In this document: piece after piece, positions 8,038-17,757 of the stretch | How positions within the stretch are numbered: position 1 is the first letter of the stretch | Layout of the letters: each line of letters begins with the position of its first letter | Source: Candidatus Eiseniibacteriota bacterium | GTDB lineage: Bacteria > Eisenbacteria > RBG-16-71-46 > CAZAMP01 | DNA: 64,000 nt | Assembly (NCBI GenBank): GCA_965224245.1 | Contig: OZ245046.1 | Coordinates: forward strand, 352,001-416,000 | Direction of reading: 5' to 3' | Program-made: the position numbers and the translations under genes | The notes under the pieces: generated by a model | The model's input: the letters and a program-made list of their open reading frames with translations, nothing else | What the model was told of the DNA's origin: nothing | Database searches by the model: none

Positions 8038-10665
8038 GTGCTGCCATCCAAGCGCTCCTCGACGCTCCTCCACGTCGTCTTCTTCCTCTCCGGGACCAGC
8101 GCCCTGATCTACGAGGTCGTGTGGACGCGACTTCTCACGCTGCAGTTCGGCGTGACCGCCTACGCGGTCGCCACCGTCGTCGCGGCGTTCATGGCCGGTC
8201 TCGCGATCGGCAGCGCCGTGCTCGGGCGGCTGGCCGATCGCTGGCGGCGACACCTGCGCGCCTACGCCGGCCTGGAGCTCGCCATCGGTCTCGTCGGTCT
8301 CCTCATGCCGTCGCTGCTCGCCCTCGGGGGACGGGTGGCTGCGGGGTCCCTCGGCGCCGCCGGAGGGGTCGGACTCGACCACGCGCTGGGGACGTTCCTC
8401 GTGGCATCGCTGGCGCTGCTCTTGCCCACGACGCTGATGGGGGCGACGCTGCCCGTTCTGGCCAAGCACGTCACGGTCGACGTTCGGGCTGCCGGACGTC
8501 GGATCGGCACCCTGTACGCGGTGAACACGTGGGGGGGCGTCGTCGGGTCGGTGGCCAGCGCGTTCCTCTTGATCGCGCTTCTGGGGGTCCACGCGACCAA
8601 CCTGATCGCCGCCGGCATCAACTTCCTGCTCGCCGCCGTCACGATCGTCATGGCGCGTCGCGACGAGTCCGCGGCACCCGCGGCGCCCTCGGAGTCGGCT
8701 CCCGTCGATGAGGCGCGGGAGGTGCTTCCCGACACGACGTCTCCGACTCTCGTGGGGCTCGCCTATGCCGCCGCGGGCGCGGTGGCGCTCGCGATCCAGG
8801 TCTTGCTCACGCGATTCGCCATCTTCTTCCTGTGGGACACGACCGTCTACTCGTTTGCGGCCGTCCTGACCACCTTTCTGGCCGGGCTGGCCATCGGGAG
8901 CTCGCTGATCGTGCGGTGGGTCGATCGGTGGCGCGCGCTGCTGGGGGTGTTCGGCCTCCTGCAGATCGGGGTCGGGCTGGCCGCCATCGCGCTCCTGTCG
9001 GTGCTGGACTCCCTCTCCGACGTGCGTGCGCGGCTCTGGTCGGGACTCTACGAGGCGGGGGAGCTCGTGCCATGGCGGTACCTCGGGCTCAAGTTCCTGA
9101 TGGCCGTGGTGCTCGTGCTTCCGCCGACCATTCTGATGGGAGCCACGTTTCCCGTCGTGAACCGCCTCGTGGCCAGGCGGCGGGCCACACTCGGCCGTCG
9201 CGTCGGTGGCGTGTACGCAGCCAACACCGTGGGGGCGATACTGGGGTCGCTGGTCGGCGGGTTCTGGCTGGTGCCGCACGTCGGCATCGTGCGCGGCCTT
9301 CTCGCCGTCGGCGCGGTGAGCGTGGTGATGGGTGTCCTCGTGATCTCGCGCGAGCGCACGCGGTCGGTGTCGTGGCGAACGGTCCGGGCCGGCGCGGGGC
9401 TGGCCGTCCTCGGGCTGCTGATCACCGTGGCGCCGCGAGATCGCACCGCGGTCTCGTACTCCGATCTCCTGTCCGGCCGGCACGGGGACCGGGAGGTCCT
9501 CTACTACCACGAGGGGCTGGAGGCCTCGCTGGCCGTCCTGCGCGATCCGAGCACCGGCGTCCGGGAGCTGAACATCAACGGCCAGTCCACCGCGTTCACG
9601 ACGTACATGGACCTTCAGGTCCACCGCGCGCTGGGACATCTGCCCGCGCTGTGCCATCCGGATCCGCGATCGGCGCTGGTGATCGGCTTCGGCTTCGGCT
9701 CCACGTGCCACGCCATCCGGACCCACGGGGTGGAGCGTCTGGACTGCGTGGAGCTCGTCGCGGCCGAGCGCGAGACGGCGGGGCTGTTCGCCAACGTCAA
9801 CGGCTCGGTGATGGACGACCCGTCCTTTCGGTTCATCGAGGGAGATGGGCGTCACCACGTGCTGATCACCGACGACCGGTACGATCTGCTGTCGTTCAAC
9901 GCGATCCATCCGAAGCTGAGCGCCAGCCTCTACACGCTCGAGTTCTACGAGCTCTGCCGCGAGCGGCTCACCGAGAACGGCGTCATCGCGGCCTGGCTGC
10001 CCATCAACTTCCTGTCCGGCGACGAGTTCCGGATGCTCACGCGCACGTTCCAGCACGTCTTCCCGCACGCGACGATGTGGTACGTCGGGCCGGGACATGC
10101 GGTGCTGCTGGGTCATCCGGAACCCCTCGTGCTCGACTACGCGCGGATCGAAGAGCGCCTGGCCATGCCCGCGCTAGCGGCGGACCTCGCGGAGTCCAAC
10201 CTCGACGACCCCGGTGAGATCATCACGATGTACGTCGCGGACGAGGACGCCGTGCGCGCGTTCTCCGGAGACGGGCCGCTGAACACCGACGACCGACCCC
10301 ACATCGAGTACGGGATCTCGTTCTCGTCCCGCGAGTGGTACGAGACCCTCCAGCACATTCACCGGGTCACGATGGCGGCGCTCCCGCCACTGCGGAACGT
10401 GGACGGACCGTGGGGTGACGCGGAGTCGGTGACGGAGAACCTGTCCCGCTACCTCGAGGCGCGGCGGTACTCCATGTTCGGGGGGATCATGCAGACGGTC
10501 GGGCTCTCGGCGCGGAGTCCCGAGATGATGCAGCAGGGCATCGACGCGTACCGGAAGGCGCTCGAGATCGTGCCGGAGAGCCGAAACACGAGGCGCCTCT
10601 TGGAGGACAAGGTCCGCGGACTCGAGACGCTGCGCCGGTCGGCAGGGGCAGCCGCGGCACCCTAG
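8038..10665 (+). CDS. Fused MFS-like membrane domain / spermidine synthase-like SAM-binding protein
   Basis: FFLSGTSALIYEVVWTRLL; duplicated PTTLMGATLP...LYAVNT motif; LVIGFGFGST, DCVEL, GDGR, LYTLEFY, GVIAAWLP. Confidence 0.9.
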   Translation: MLPSKRSSTLLHVVFFLSGTSALIYEVVWTRLLTLQFGVTAYAVATVVAAFMAGLAIGSAVLGRLADRWRRHLRAYAGLELAIGLVGLLMPSLLALGGRVAAGSLGAAGGVGLDHALGTFLVASLALLLPTTLMGATLPVLAKHVTVDVRAAGRRIGTLYAVNTWGGVVGSVASAFLLIALLGVHATNLIAAGINFLLAAVTIVMARRDESAAPAAPSESAPVDEAREVLPDTTSPTLVGLAYAAAGAVALAIQVLLTRFAIFFLWDTTVYSFAAVLTTFLAGLAIGSSLIVRWVDRWRALLGVFGLLQIGVGLAAIALLSVLDSLSDVRARLWSGLYEAGELVPWRYLGLKFLMAVVLVLPPTILMGATFPVVNRLVARRRATLGRRVGGVYAANTVGAILGSLVGGFWLVPHVGIVRGLLAVGAVSVVMGVLVISRERTRSVSWRTVRAGAGLAVLGLLITVAPRDRTAVSYSDLLSGRHGDREVLYYHEGLEASLAVLRDPSTGVRELNINGQSTAFTTYMDLQVHRALGHLPALCHPDPRSALVIGFGFGSTCHAIRTHGVERLDCVELVAAERETAGLFANVNGSVMDDPSFRFIEGDGRHHVLITDDRYDLLSFNAIHPKLSASLYTLEFYELCRERLTENGVIAAWLPINFLSGDEFRMLTRTFQHVFPHATMWYVGPGHAVLLGHPEPLVLDYARIEERLAMPALAADLAESNLDDPGEIITMYVADEDAVRAFSGDGPLNTDDRPHIEYGISFSSREWYETLQHIHRVTMAALPPLRNVDGPWGDAESVTENLSRYLEARRYSMFGGIMQTVGLSARSPEMMQQGIDAYRKALEIVPESRNTRRLLEDKVRGLETLRRSAGAAAAP

Positions 10666-10743
10666 CGGCGTTCCACTCCATGCCCCCGTCTCCGCCGCGG
10701 ACCATCCGGCCGATCCGCGTGACGCGGCTCGGCCGGCCCCGCG

Positions 10744-13700
10744 TCACCGTACGACGAGTATCTCTCCGGTCTCCTCCACCGCCCCCGCCGTGAACCGGTA
10801 GAAGTACCGTCCCGGCGGAACCGGCGCGCCGCTGCTCGTCCGCGCGTTCCAGGCGGCGCGGTGCACGCCGGCGGCCTGAACGCCATCGACGAGAGTCGCC
10901 GCTCGCCGCCCCGCCACGTCGAAGATCTCGATCCGGACGTCGCCGTCGGTGGCCAGGGAGTATGAGACATGGGTGCTTCCACGGCTCGGACTCGGAGCCA
11001 CCGCGAGAACTCGCGTCACGTACGCCGGGGTCGAAGGAGGCGTCGCGACCGTGCCGTCGACGATGACGAACCCGGTCGTGGTGGCCTGATGGGTGGTGGC
11101 CTCGCGCGAGCGACCCTGGACGACGACGAGTGCCTGGGGCGTGGCCGGCCCGGTCACGACCCAGTCGTGCGTCAGCGCGGCGACGCCCTCGAAGATCATC
11201 TTCCACGTGGTCCCGCCGTCGCGCGACAGGAAGCCTCGATAGCTCGCGTCGGGCTCGGGCATCGCGTCCCAGCTGAGCGACAAGATCGTTCCCACGGCGA
11301 CCGGCAACGTGAGATCGACGCCCGTTGCCACGTCTCCTTGCGGATCGAATAACGAGAGCGTGCCGGTCGCTCGGAAGTAGGTGCCGGCCGCGGTCCCGCT
11401 GATGTCGACGGGAACGTCGAGCTCGATCGGCAGCGCCGCGATGACGGCGGCCCGATCGAGCTTCACCGACAGATCGGGGATCCCGTCCTCATCTGCATCG
11501 CCCAGCGACACCGGCCAGGTCTCCGCGCGGACGACGTCCATGAACCACAGCGTCGAGGGGTCGATGCTCGCCGCGTCGAGCGGCGGATCGAGCTCGATCC
11601 GGGCCGTGATGAACCGACCCTCGCTCCCGGTGTTGAGCGTCGGGGGCTCGACCGACAGCACCCCGGTCGCGGGCGCCGGCGCACCCCGGAGCGCGACCGA
11701 AATCGTTTCGGTACGCGTGAAGGGCGGGATCGCAAGCGCGGTGCTGCCTCCGCCCTCCTCGACGAACGGGAGGTCCTGATCGGGTCCCGTACCGTCGACG
11801 TTGGTCGCCGTCACCTCGAACACGTAGAGACCATCGCCGCTGTACGTGTCGAAGATCGCCCCATACGCGCCGTCGTCGCCGAAGGTGTCGCCGTGGGCCG
11901 GATCCCCGTCGTCGAACAGCGGGATGTCGATCGTCGTGCCGCCGGGACGGCGGACACGCGCGGAGACGTTCGCCCCGGCCACCGGCACGGTCGCCACCAG
12001 ATCGGCCCGCAGCCGTACGGGATCCGGAAACGCGTAGTCGGTTGCGTCGGTGCTGAGCGAGAGCGACAGCGCGCGGCTCTCGACGAAGGCCGCGAACCGG
12101 TAAGGGACCGGCTCGTCGGACAGGCGCTCCAGGCGGGCGATCCACGTCCCGTCGGCCGGCTGGATGACGCGGATGTAGATGAACCCATCCCGCTGGTATG
12201 CCTCGACGCGGGGATCGGTCGCGGCCGATCCCACGTCGATCGTCTCCCCCATCGGAGAGGTCAGGATGAGATCGAGGCTGCCCACCTCCCAGCCGACGAC
12301 GGTCGTGACCTCTTCACCGAAGCCGTCGATCAGGATCGGGATCGACGTGAAGTCCTCGCCGAGAACGCCCTCCTCGCCGAAGAGCAGGGCACCGTCACGG
12401 GCCTCGGAGACGATCTCTCCCATGAGGACGGGGATCTCGCGCTCGTTCTCGATCCGGAAGTACTGTCCGCCGGCCGAGACCGCGAGATCGCGCAGGCGCT
12501 CGTCGCTCGCCTCGCCGCCGGGTGAGACCGTGAAGAACTTCACGCCTCGCTCGACGAGTTCGGGAACGAGCGACTCGGGGTCGGCGCCCTCGATGTCGAT
12601 GCCGTCCGAGATCAGGACGATGGCCTCGCTGCACGCGGGGATGGTCGACGCGTCGCGAAGAATGGCCATCGCGGCATCCAGCGCGATCGCGACGTCGGTG
12701 GACCCCAGCGGGCCGAGGTCGTCCAGCGTGGCCCGCGCGGCATCGCGCACGGCCTCGTCGGTGATCTCGGTGAGCGGGAACGGGATCGACGCATCACCGG
12801 TGAACGTGGTGAGCGCGAAGGTGTCGCCGTCGAGCAGGATCGTCTCCTCGCCGGTGTCGATCTCCTTTCGGGCGTGAAGGAGATCCACGAGCTCGAGCGC
12901 GGCGGCCATCGTCCGGTCGAACTGGGTCCCGGCCATGCTGCTGGAAACGTCGATGCAGAGAATGATTCGCACGTCGGCGCTGGCGACCTCCCAGACGAGG
13001 GGCTCGAGCCCGGCCGGGTCCGAGCCGTCGACCTCGGTGGGGGGGACGAAGCCCACGATGCGGGCGATCGTGTCCCAGCAGCTCTCGCCGTTGAGAGCCT
13101 CCTGCGCGTTCACGTAGCGCTCGCCGCCGACGACGATCCCTTCGTTGTGCGTGGTCGCCAGCCCGTTGCCGACGTGCGTGCAGAACTCGGTACGCCCGTT
13201 GTTGGGTGCGACGGTGGTCCCACCGTCCATGATGCAGCCGACCGGATCGTCCTCGGTCACGCAGAACTGGTTGGGGACGCGAAACGTCGTCGTCTGCTCG
13301 GCGATCGGGGAACCGGCGTGGCGGACGGGAATCACCACGCCCTTGTACTCGTCGTACGTCCCGAACGCGTAGTGGCCGATCTCGTGTACGAGTCCGTACT
13401 GCCCGATGGCCGGCTCGGTGATCGACTTGTGCGTCTGCGACAGGAAGATGTGCCCGATGCCCGAGAGACCGAGGACGTTCGCGAGCGCGCCCGCGTCGTT
13501 GTCCATGATCCAGACGTCGGCGCCGTCCTTGTCGTAGCCGCAGCTCGTGACGCGGACCGTGCCCAGCTGAAGCTGGCCGTTGGTGGCGTTGAACAGGAGC
13601 CGCGACGCCTCCTCGAACAGCGGACGCCAGCTGTCGGGTTCGGCTTCTCGATACGCGAACATCACGCTGATGTCGAGCTTGTCCCCGTCGATCGACCCGT

Positions 13701-13779
13701 CGCCCGCGAGGGCGGGGCCGAGCAGCAGTGTGATCGCGGCGGTGGACAGCACGAACGGACGAATGCATTGACGGGACAT
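10744..13779 (-). CDS. Secreted CLCA-like zinc metalloprotease + vWA + beta-sandwich domains + FlgD-Ig/T9SS-like C-terminal domain
   Basis: Signal peptide from ATG 13779; HEIGHYAFGTYDEY; vWA MIDAS CIDVSSSM and VLISDG; LFDDGDPAHGDTFGDDGAYG; C-terminal IFDVAGRR...WNARTSSGAPVPPGRYFYRF. Confidence 0.85.
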   Translation of the reverse strand: MSRQCIRPFVLSTAAITLLLGPALAGDGSIDGDKLDISVMFAYREAEPDSWRPLFEEASRLLFNATNGQLQLGTVRVTSCGYDKDGADVWIMDNDAGALANVLGLSGIGHIFLSQTHKSITEPAIGQYGLVHEIGHYAFGTYDEYKGVVIPVRHAGSPIAEQTTTFRVPNQFCVTEDDPVGCIMDGGTTVAPNNGRTEFCTHVGNGLATTHNEGIVVGGERYVNAQEALNGESCWDTIARIVGFVPPTEVDGSDPAGLEPLVWEVASADVRIILCIDVSSSMAGTQFDRTMAAALELVDLLHARKEIDTGEETILLDGDTFALTTFTGDASIPFPLTEITDEAVRDAARATLDDLGPLGSTDVAIALDAAMAILRDASTIPACSEAIVLISDGIDIEGADPESLVPELVERGVKFFTVSPGGEASDERLRDLAVSAGGQYFRIENEREIPVLMGEIVSEARDGALLFGEEGVLGEDFTSIPILIDGFGEEVTTVVGWEVGSLDLILTSPMGETIDVGSAATDPRVEAYQRDGFIYIRVIQPADGTWIARLERLSDEPVPYRFAAFVESRALSLSLSTDATDYAFPDPVRLRADLVATVPVAGANVSARVRRPGGTTIDIPLFDDGDPAHGDTFGDDGAYGAIFDTYSGDGLYVFEVTATNVDGTGPDQDLPFVEEGGGSTALAIPPFTRTETISVALRGAPAPATGVLSVEPPTLNTGSEGRFITARIELDPPLDAASIDPSTLWFMDVVRAETWPVSLGDADEDGIPDLSVKLDRAAVIAALPIELDVPVDISGTAAGTYFRATGTLSLFDPQGDVATGVDLTLPVAVGTILSLSWDAMPEPDASYRGFLSRDGGTTWKMIFEGVAALTHDWVVTGPATPQALVVVQGRSREATTHQATTTGFVIVDGTVATPPSTPAYVTRVLAVAPSPSRGSTHVSYSLATDGDVRIEIFDVAGRRAATLVDGVQAAGVHRAAWNARTSSGAPVPPGRYFYRFTAGAVEETGEILVVR

Positions 13780-13904
13780 CGGTGCAACCCCCGGGCTCGG
13801 AGCGGCGACGTGGATGACGGATGGGACAACACCCAACTCGTCAGTTTATCACGATTCGAGGAGTCGATTGCCGGGCGCCCCCGCGATCCGAGAAGGTCCG
13901 AACG

Positions 13905-16900
13905 CTAATCGGTAGCCCCGGTGGCGACCAGAATTGCGGTGTCCCGATCCAGGCTCCGACCGCGGTTCCAGGCGGCCGAGAATGCCTCCGCACCGAGCGC
14001 CCGCTCGAGCGCCGTGCGGTTCTCGTTCAGAAACTCCGAGATCTGCGGGAGTGTGTGGGACCCCGCGGCCCGGGTGCGATCGTCCCAGCTCGCCAGGAGC
14101 GTCGCCGCCCGGGCCGGATCGTCGCTCCGGCGAGCCAGGCGGACGGCCTGCTGGATGGCATCGGTGATCAGGCGCTCGTCGCCGAACTCCTGCACGGTCA
14201 ACAGGCTCTCGGCCAGGAGCGCCCGGGTCTCGCTCTCGTCGCGGGAGTCCACCGTGATCGCGACCAGGTTCAGCAGCACGATCGCGACCGACGAGCGATT
14301 GCCCAGCTCACGGAACATCCGAAGACTCTCCTCGTAGTGCTCGATCGCACACCGGTCGTCACCGGCAGCCCGGGCCAGGCGGCCCAGGTTGTTGAGCGCC
14401 GTCGCGATGCCCGAGCGATCCCCGAGCTCGCGGAGAATGGACAGGCACTCGTCCAGTAGCGTCCCGGCCTGGGCCAGGTTCCCGGTTGCCTCCTCCACCG
14501 TCGCCAGGTTGTTCAGCGATGCGGCCACGTTGTTCCGGTCCCCCTGTCGCCGGCGGATGGCCAGGCTCTCGGTGTATGCCGCGCGGGCGTCCTCCAGGCG
14601 TCCGGTCAGAAAGGCGACCGCACCGAGCCCGTTGAGTGCGAGGGCGACGCCTCCCTCGTTCCCGACCGCCTCGTACGTGCGGTGGCTCTCTCGATAGTGG
14701 GCCTCCGCGGCGTCCCACTCACCGAGATCCCGGAGGACGTTCCCCAGGTTGTTCAGGGACTCGGCGACCGCCGTGGGCTCGCCGAGCTGCCGGCGAATGT
14801 CCAGGCTCCGTTCGAGCAGAGCGCGTGCCTCGGCGTACTCTCCCTGAAGCTTCGCGAGATTCCCCGACCAGCTGAGGCACAGCGCGGACGCGGCGTCGAT
14901 CCCCGGCTCGGCGGCGTCGAACAGCCGGTGGTACGCGGCTCGTCCGGCCTGCCAGCGTCCGGCCACGACCCAGTACCGACCGAGCGCGCCGGCCAGTCGT
15001 GCGGCCCCGCCGAGCTCGCCGGTGTCGAACAGTGTCTCCAGAGCACGCTGGAGGTTGTTCTGGTCGGTCCGCAGCCGGGTCAGCCACTCGACCTGGTGCG
15101 ACGTCGTCAGCTCCGGTGCAGCCCGCTCGGCCAGAGTCACGAAGTACATGGCGTGCCGCATCGCCAGATCGGCGAGCTCCTCGGCCTCGGTGAGCCGCTC
15201 GCGCGCGTACTCGCGCACGGTCTCCAGCATGCGATAGCGCGTGGAGTCGGTCGACGAGTCGGCGACGCGTACGTCCACGAGCGACTTGGAGACGAGCTCG
15301 GAGATCAGATCCAGGACCTCCCACTCCTCGATCCCGTCGACCGCACAGACCGTCTCCGCGGCCTCGAGCGTCCATCCGCCGGAGAAGACCGACACGTAGC
15401 GCAGCATCCTCCGCTCGGTGTCGTCCAGGAAGTCGTAGCTCCAGTCGATCAGCTCGCGAAGCGTCCGGTGGTGCCCCGCGGCCTGACCGCGCCTGGAGCC
15501 GAGGACGCGGAAGCGGTGGACGAGCCGCGCGTCGAGGTCGTCCACCGAGAGCACGCGGAGCCGCGCGGCGGCCAGCTCCAGCGCCAGCGGGATTCCATCG
15601 AGGCGCCGGCAGATGCCGGCGACCACGCCCGCGTTCTCGGCGTCGAGCACGAACTCGGGCCGCGCCGCCCTGGCGCGATCCACGAACAGCCGGACGGCAT
15701 CGTTGTCGACCAGATCCTCGAGACACGTCGCGGCGTCGACCGGGGGAGGAGTGAGCGTCGAGATCGGGAACACGACCTCGCCGCTCTCACCGAGCGGCTC
15801 CCGGCTCGTCGCCAGCACGAAGAGCGCACGGCAGCTCTGCAGGAGCGATCGCACGACCCGCCGGCAGTCGTCGAGCACGTGCTCGCAGTTGTCCAGTACG
15901 AGCAAGACGTGCCGTTGCGCCAGGTGCGACTGGAGGCTCTCGAGCGGGGACTGTCCCGGTGCGTCACGCACCCCCAGGACGCGTGCGATGGCGCCCTCGA
16001 TGCCGCCCGCGGCGGTCAGGCCCGCCAGCTCGATCAGCCACAGCCCGTCGAACCCGGTGGAGACGAGCTCCCGTCCGACCTCGACCGTGAGCCGGCTCTT
16101 GCCGCCGCCCGCGGGGCCGGTAACGGTCACGAGTCGATTCTCCGCGACCAGCTCGACGAGCGTGGACAGCTCCCGCTCACGACCGACGAAGCTGCTGATG
16201 GACGCCGGGAGGTTGTTCTCGGCGCCGAGGTCGCCGGGCGATCCGTCCCGGGCCCGGAGCGTGGCCTGGATCTCCTCGAGCGCCTGCCGGAGCGCCGTCA
16301 TGCTCTCGAGCCGAGCGCCGGGATCCTTCTCCAGGCAGTGCATGACCAGGAGCCGGAGGGGATGGTCGGGCGAGAGCTCGCAGTCCGACAGCTCGGGGTC
16401 CACGGTCAACGTTCGGTTCAGTCGATCGCGGATGGTCGAGCCGGGGAACACCGGACGCCCCGTCAGGAGCTCGCCGATGATGCAGCCCAGCGCGAAGACG
16501 TCGGTACGCGCATCCTCCCGCGCGCCCCGGATCTGCTCTGGGCTCATGTACCCCGGTGTTCCGGCGATCTGGCCGCCACCTCTGTTGCCGGCGTCGCGAC
16601 CGGCGCCCTGCTCGATGCTCGACTCCAGCGCGAGCGCGATCCCGAAGTCGAGCACCTTGACCTCGCCATCCGAGCGGATCATCACGTTCTGCGGCTTCAG
16701 GTCGCGGTGAACGATCCCTTGCTCGTGCGCCGCTTCGACCGCCATTGCGATCTGGCGGCAGATCCGGACGATCTCCTCGAGACTCCCGGAGTCATCGGGT
16801 CGCCAGCCGGCGAGCGAGACGCCGTCGATGAACTCCATGGTCAGGAAGATCGTGCCGTCGGCATCCTCGAGCGAGTGAACCGTCGCCACGTTGCGATGAT

Positions 16901-17258
16901 TGAGCGCGGCCAGCAGCTGCGCTTCACGTCGGAAGGCGATGAACGCGTTGCGATCGGTGGACAGGACGTCGGGCAGGATCTTCAGCGCGATGCGTCGGCC
17001 GAGCTGAGGGTCTCGCGCGACGTACACGACTCCCATGCCACCCCGGCCGAGCTCACTCAGGATCGGATAGCGTCCGATCGTGCTAGGGTACGAGTCCGCA
17101 CCGAGTGCGATGGTCTCGTCGGACGACGTTGCGACAGTCCGTGCGGTCGCGCCGGCGTCGGGCGGAGATGCAACCTCGGTGTGCGGCGGATCGCCGGCGA
17201 TCGTCGGGATGTCTCCCGTGTCGGCGTCCGGCTTGTCGGGATCGCGACGACTCGTCAT
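13905..17258 (-). CDS. Cytoplasmic Ser/Thr kinase + STAND (NB-ARC/COG3903-like) ATPase + TPR protein
   Basis: LGRGGMGVVY, HRDLKPQN, DFG, GTPGYMSPEQ; NLPASISSFVGRERE, Walker A GPAGGGKS, Walker B LLVLDNCEH, GIPLALELAA, YRMLETVREYA; TPRs (AESLNNLGNV). No TM helix seen. Confidence 0.95.
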   Translation of the reverse strand: MTSRRDPDKPDADTGDIPTIAGDPPHTEVASPPDAGATARTVATSSDETIALGADSYPSTIGRYPILSELGRGGMGVVYVARDPQLGRRIALKILPDVLSTDRNAFIAFRREAQLLAALNHRNVATVHSLEDADGTIFLTMEFIDGVSLAGWRPDDSGSLEEIVRICRQIAMAVEAAHEQGIVHRDLKPQNVMIRSDGEVKVLDFGIALALESSIEQGAGRDAGNRGGGQIAGTPGYMSPEQIRGAREDARTDVFALGCIIGELLTGRPVFPGSTIRDRLNRTLTVDPELSDCELSPDHPLRLLVMHCLEKDPGARLESMTALRQALEEIQATLRARDGSPGDLGAENNLPASISSFVGRERELSTLVELVAENRLVTVTGPAGGGKSRLTVEVGRELVSTGFDGLWLIELAGLTAAGGIEGAIARVLGVRDAPGQSPLESLQSHLAQRHVLLVLDNCEHVLDDCRRVVRSLLQSCRALFVLATSREPLGESGEVVFPISTLTPPPVDAATCLEDLVDNDAVRLFVDRARAARPEFVLDAENAGVVAGICRRLDGIPLALELAAARLRVLSVDDLDARLVHRFRVLGSRRGQAAGHHRTLRELIDWSYDFLDDTERRMLRYVSVFSGGWTLEAAETVCAVDGIEEWEVLDLISELVSKSLVDVRVADSSTDSTRYRMLETVREYARERLTEAEELADLAMRHAMYFVTLAERAAPELTTSHQVEWLTRLRTDQNNLQRALETLFDTGELGGAARLAGALGRYWVVAGRWQAGRAAYHRLFDAAEPGIDAASALCLSWSGNLAKLQGEYAEARALLERSLDIRRQLGEPTAVAESLNNLGNVLRDLGEWDAAEAHYRESHRTYEAVGNEGGVALALNGLGAVAFLTGRLEDARAAYTESLAIRRRQGDRNNVAASLNNLATVEEATGNLAQAGTLLDECLSILRELGDRSGIATALNNLGRLARAAGDDRCAIEHYEESLRMFRELGNRSSVAIVLLNLVAITVDSRDESETRALLAESLLTVQEFGDERLITDAIQQAVRLARRSDDPARAATLLASWDDRTRAAGSHTLPQISEFLNENRTALERALGAEAFSAAWNRGRSLDRDTAILVATGATD

Positions 17259-17429
17259 GCGCTGTCCGGTTCACGCTCTCGCGGGTAGTTGACGGCCGGC
17301 GACGCGCCGCCAGGTGCGGACTCGCGGACGCGGGGCGAGCTCCGGCGTCGGCCTCCGGGAGCTCCGCGCGTGACCCGCAACCCGCCGGGGCCCGGGTCTC
17401 CCCAGGTCCCCGACGAGCATGCCATGGGC

Positions 17430-17458
17430 CGTAGGAGATTACAAAAGAGTAACTTACG
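17430..17458. promoter_or_regulatory. AT-rich 29-bp imperfect palindrome (CGTAGG-N17-CTTACG), candidate protein-binding site
   Basis: cgtaggagattacaaaagagtaacttacg in the divergent intergenic region; related element at 56963-56991. Confidence 0.35.
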
Positions 17459-17757
17459 AGGTGAGTGACCCGGACGACGGCATCGAGACGGGGAGGCGGG
17501 CCCACACGGACACCCGGGACCACCGGGTCGCGCCGTTCGCCAGCAAAGGTCCTTTACAATGGGCCCGGTTTGGTGGGTAACATGCCTGATATCGAGGTCT
17601 CGGGCGGGTCGTGGGGGGGAATGGCTGACAGAAGCCACCACACATTCAATTCACGATTCGAACATACGGTCCGTGCTAGGCTCTTTCTCGAGTGCCCGCA
17701 CTGCAACCCCAAATCTCGCCGCTCGCGGCGAGGCAACTTCCGGCAGGAGAGACACTA

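Noticed and set aside
17715-17732. 8-bp inverted repeat before the lipoprotein RBS as a riboswitch or operator
   Set aside because: Almost all G/C, 2-nt spacer and no aptamer features; likely chance.
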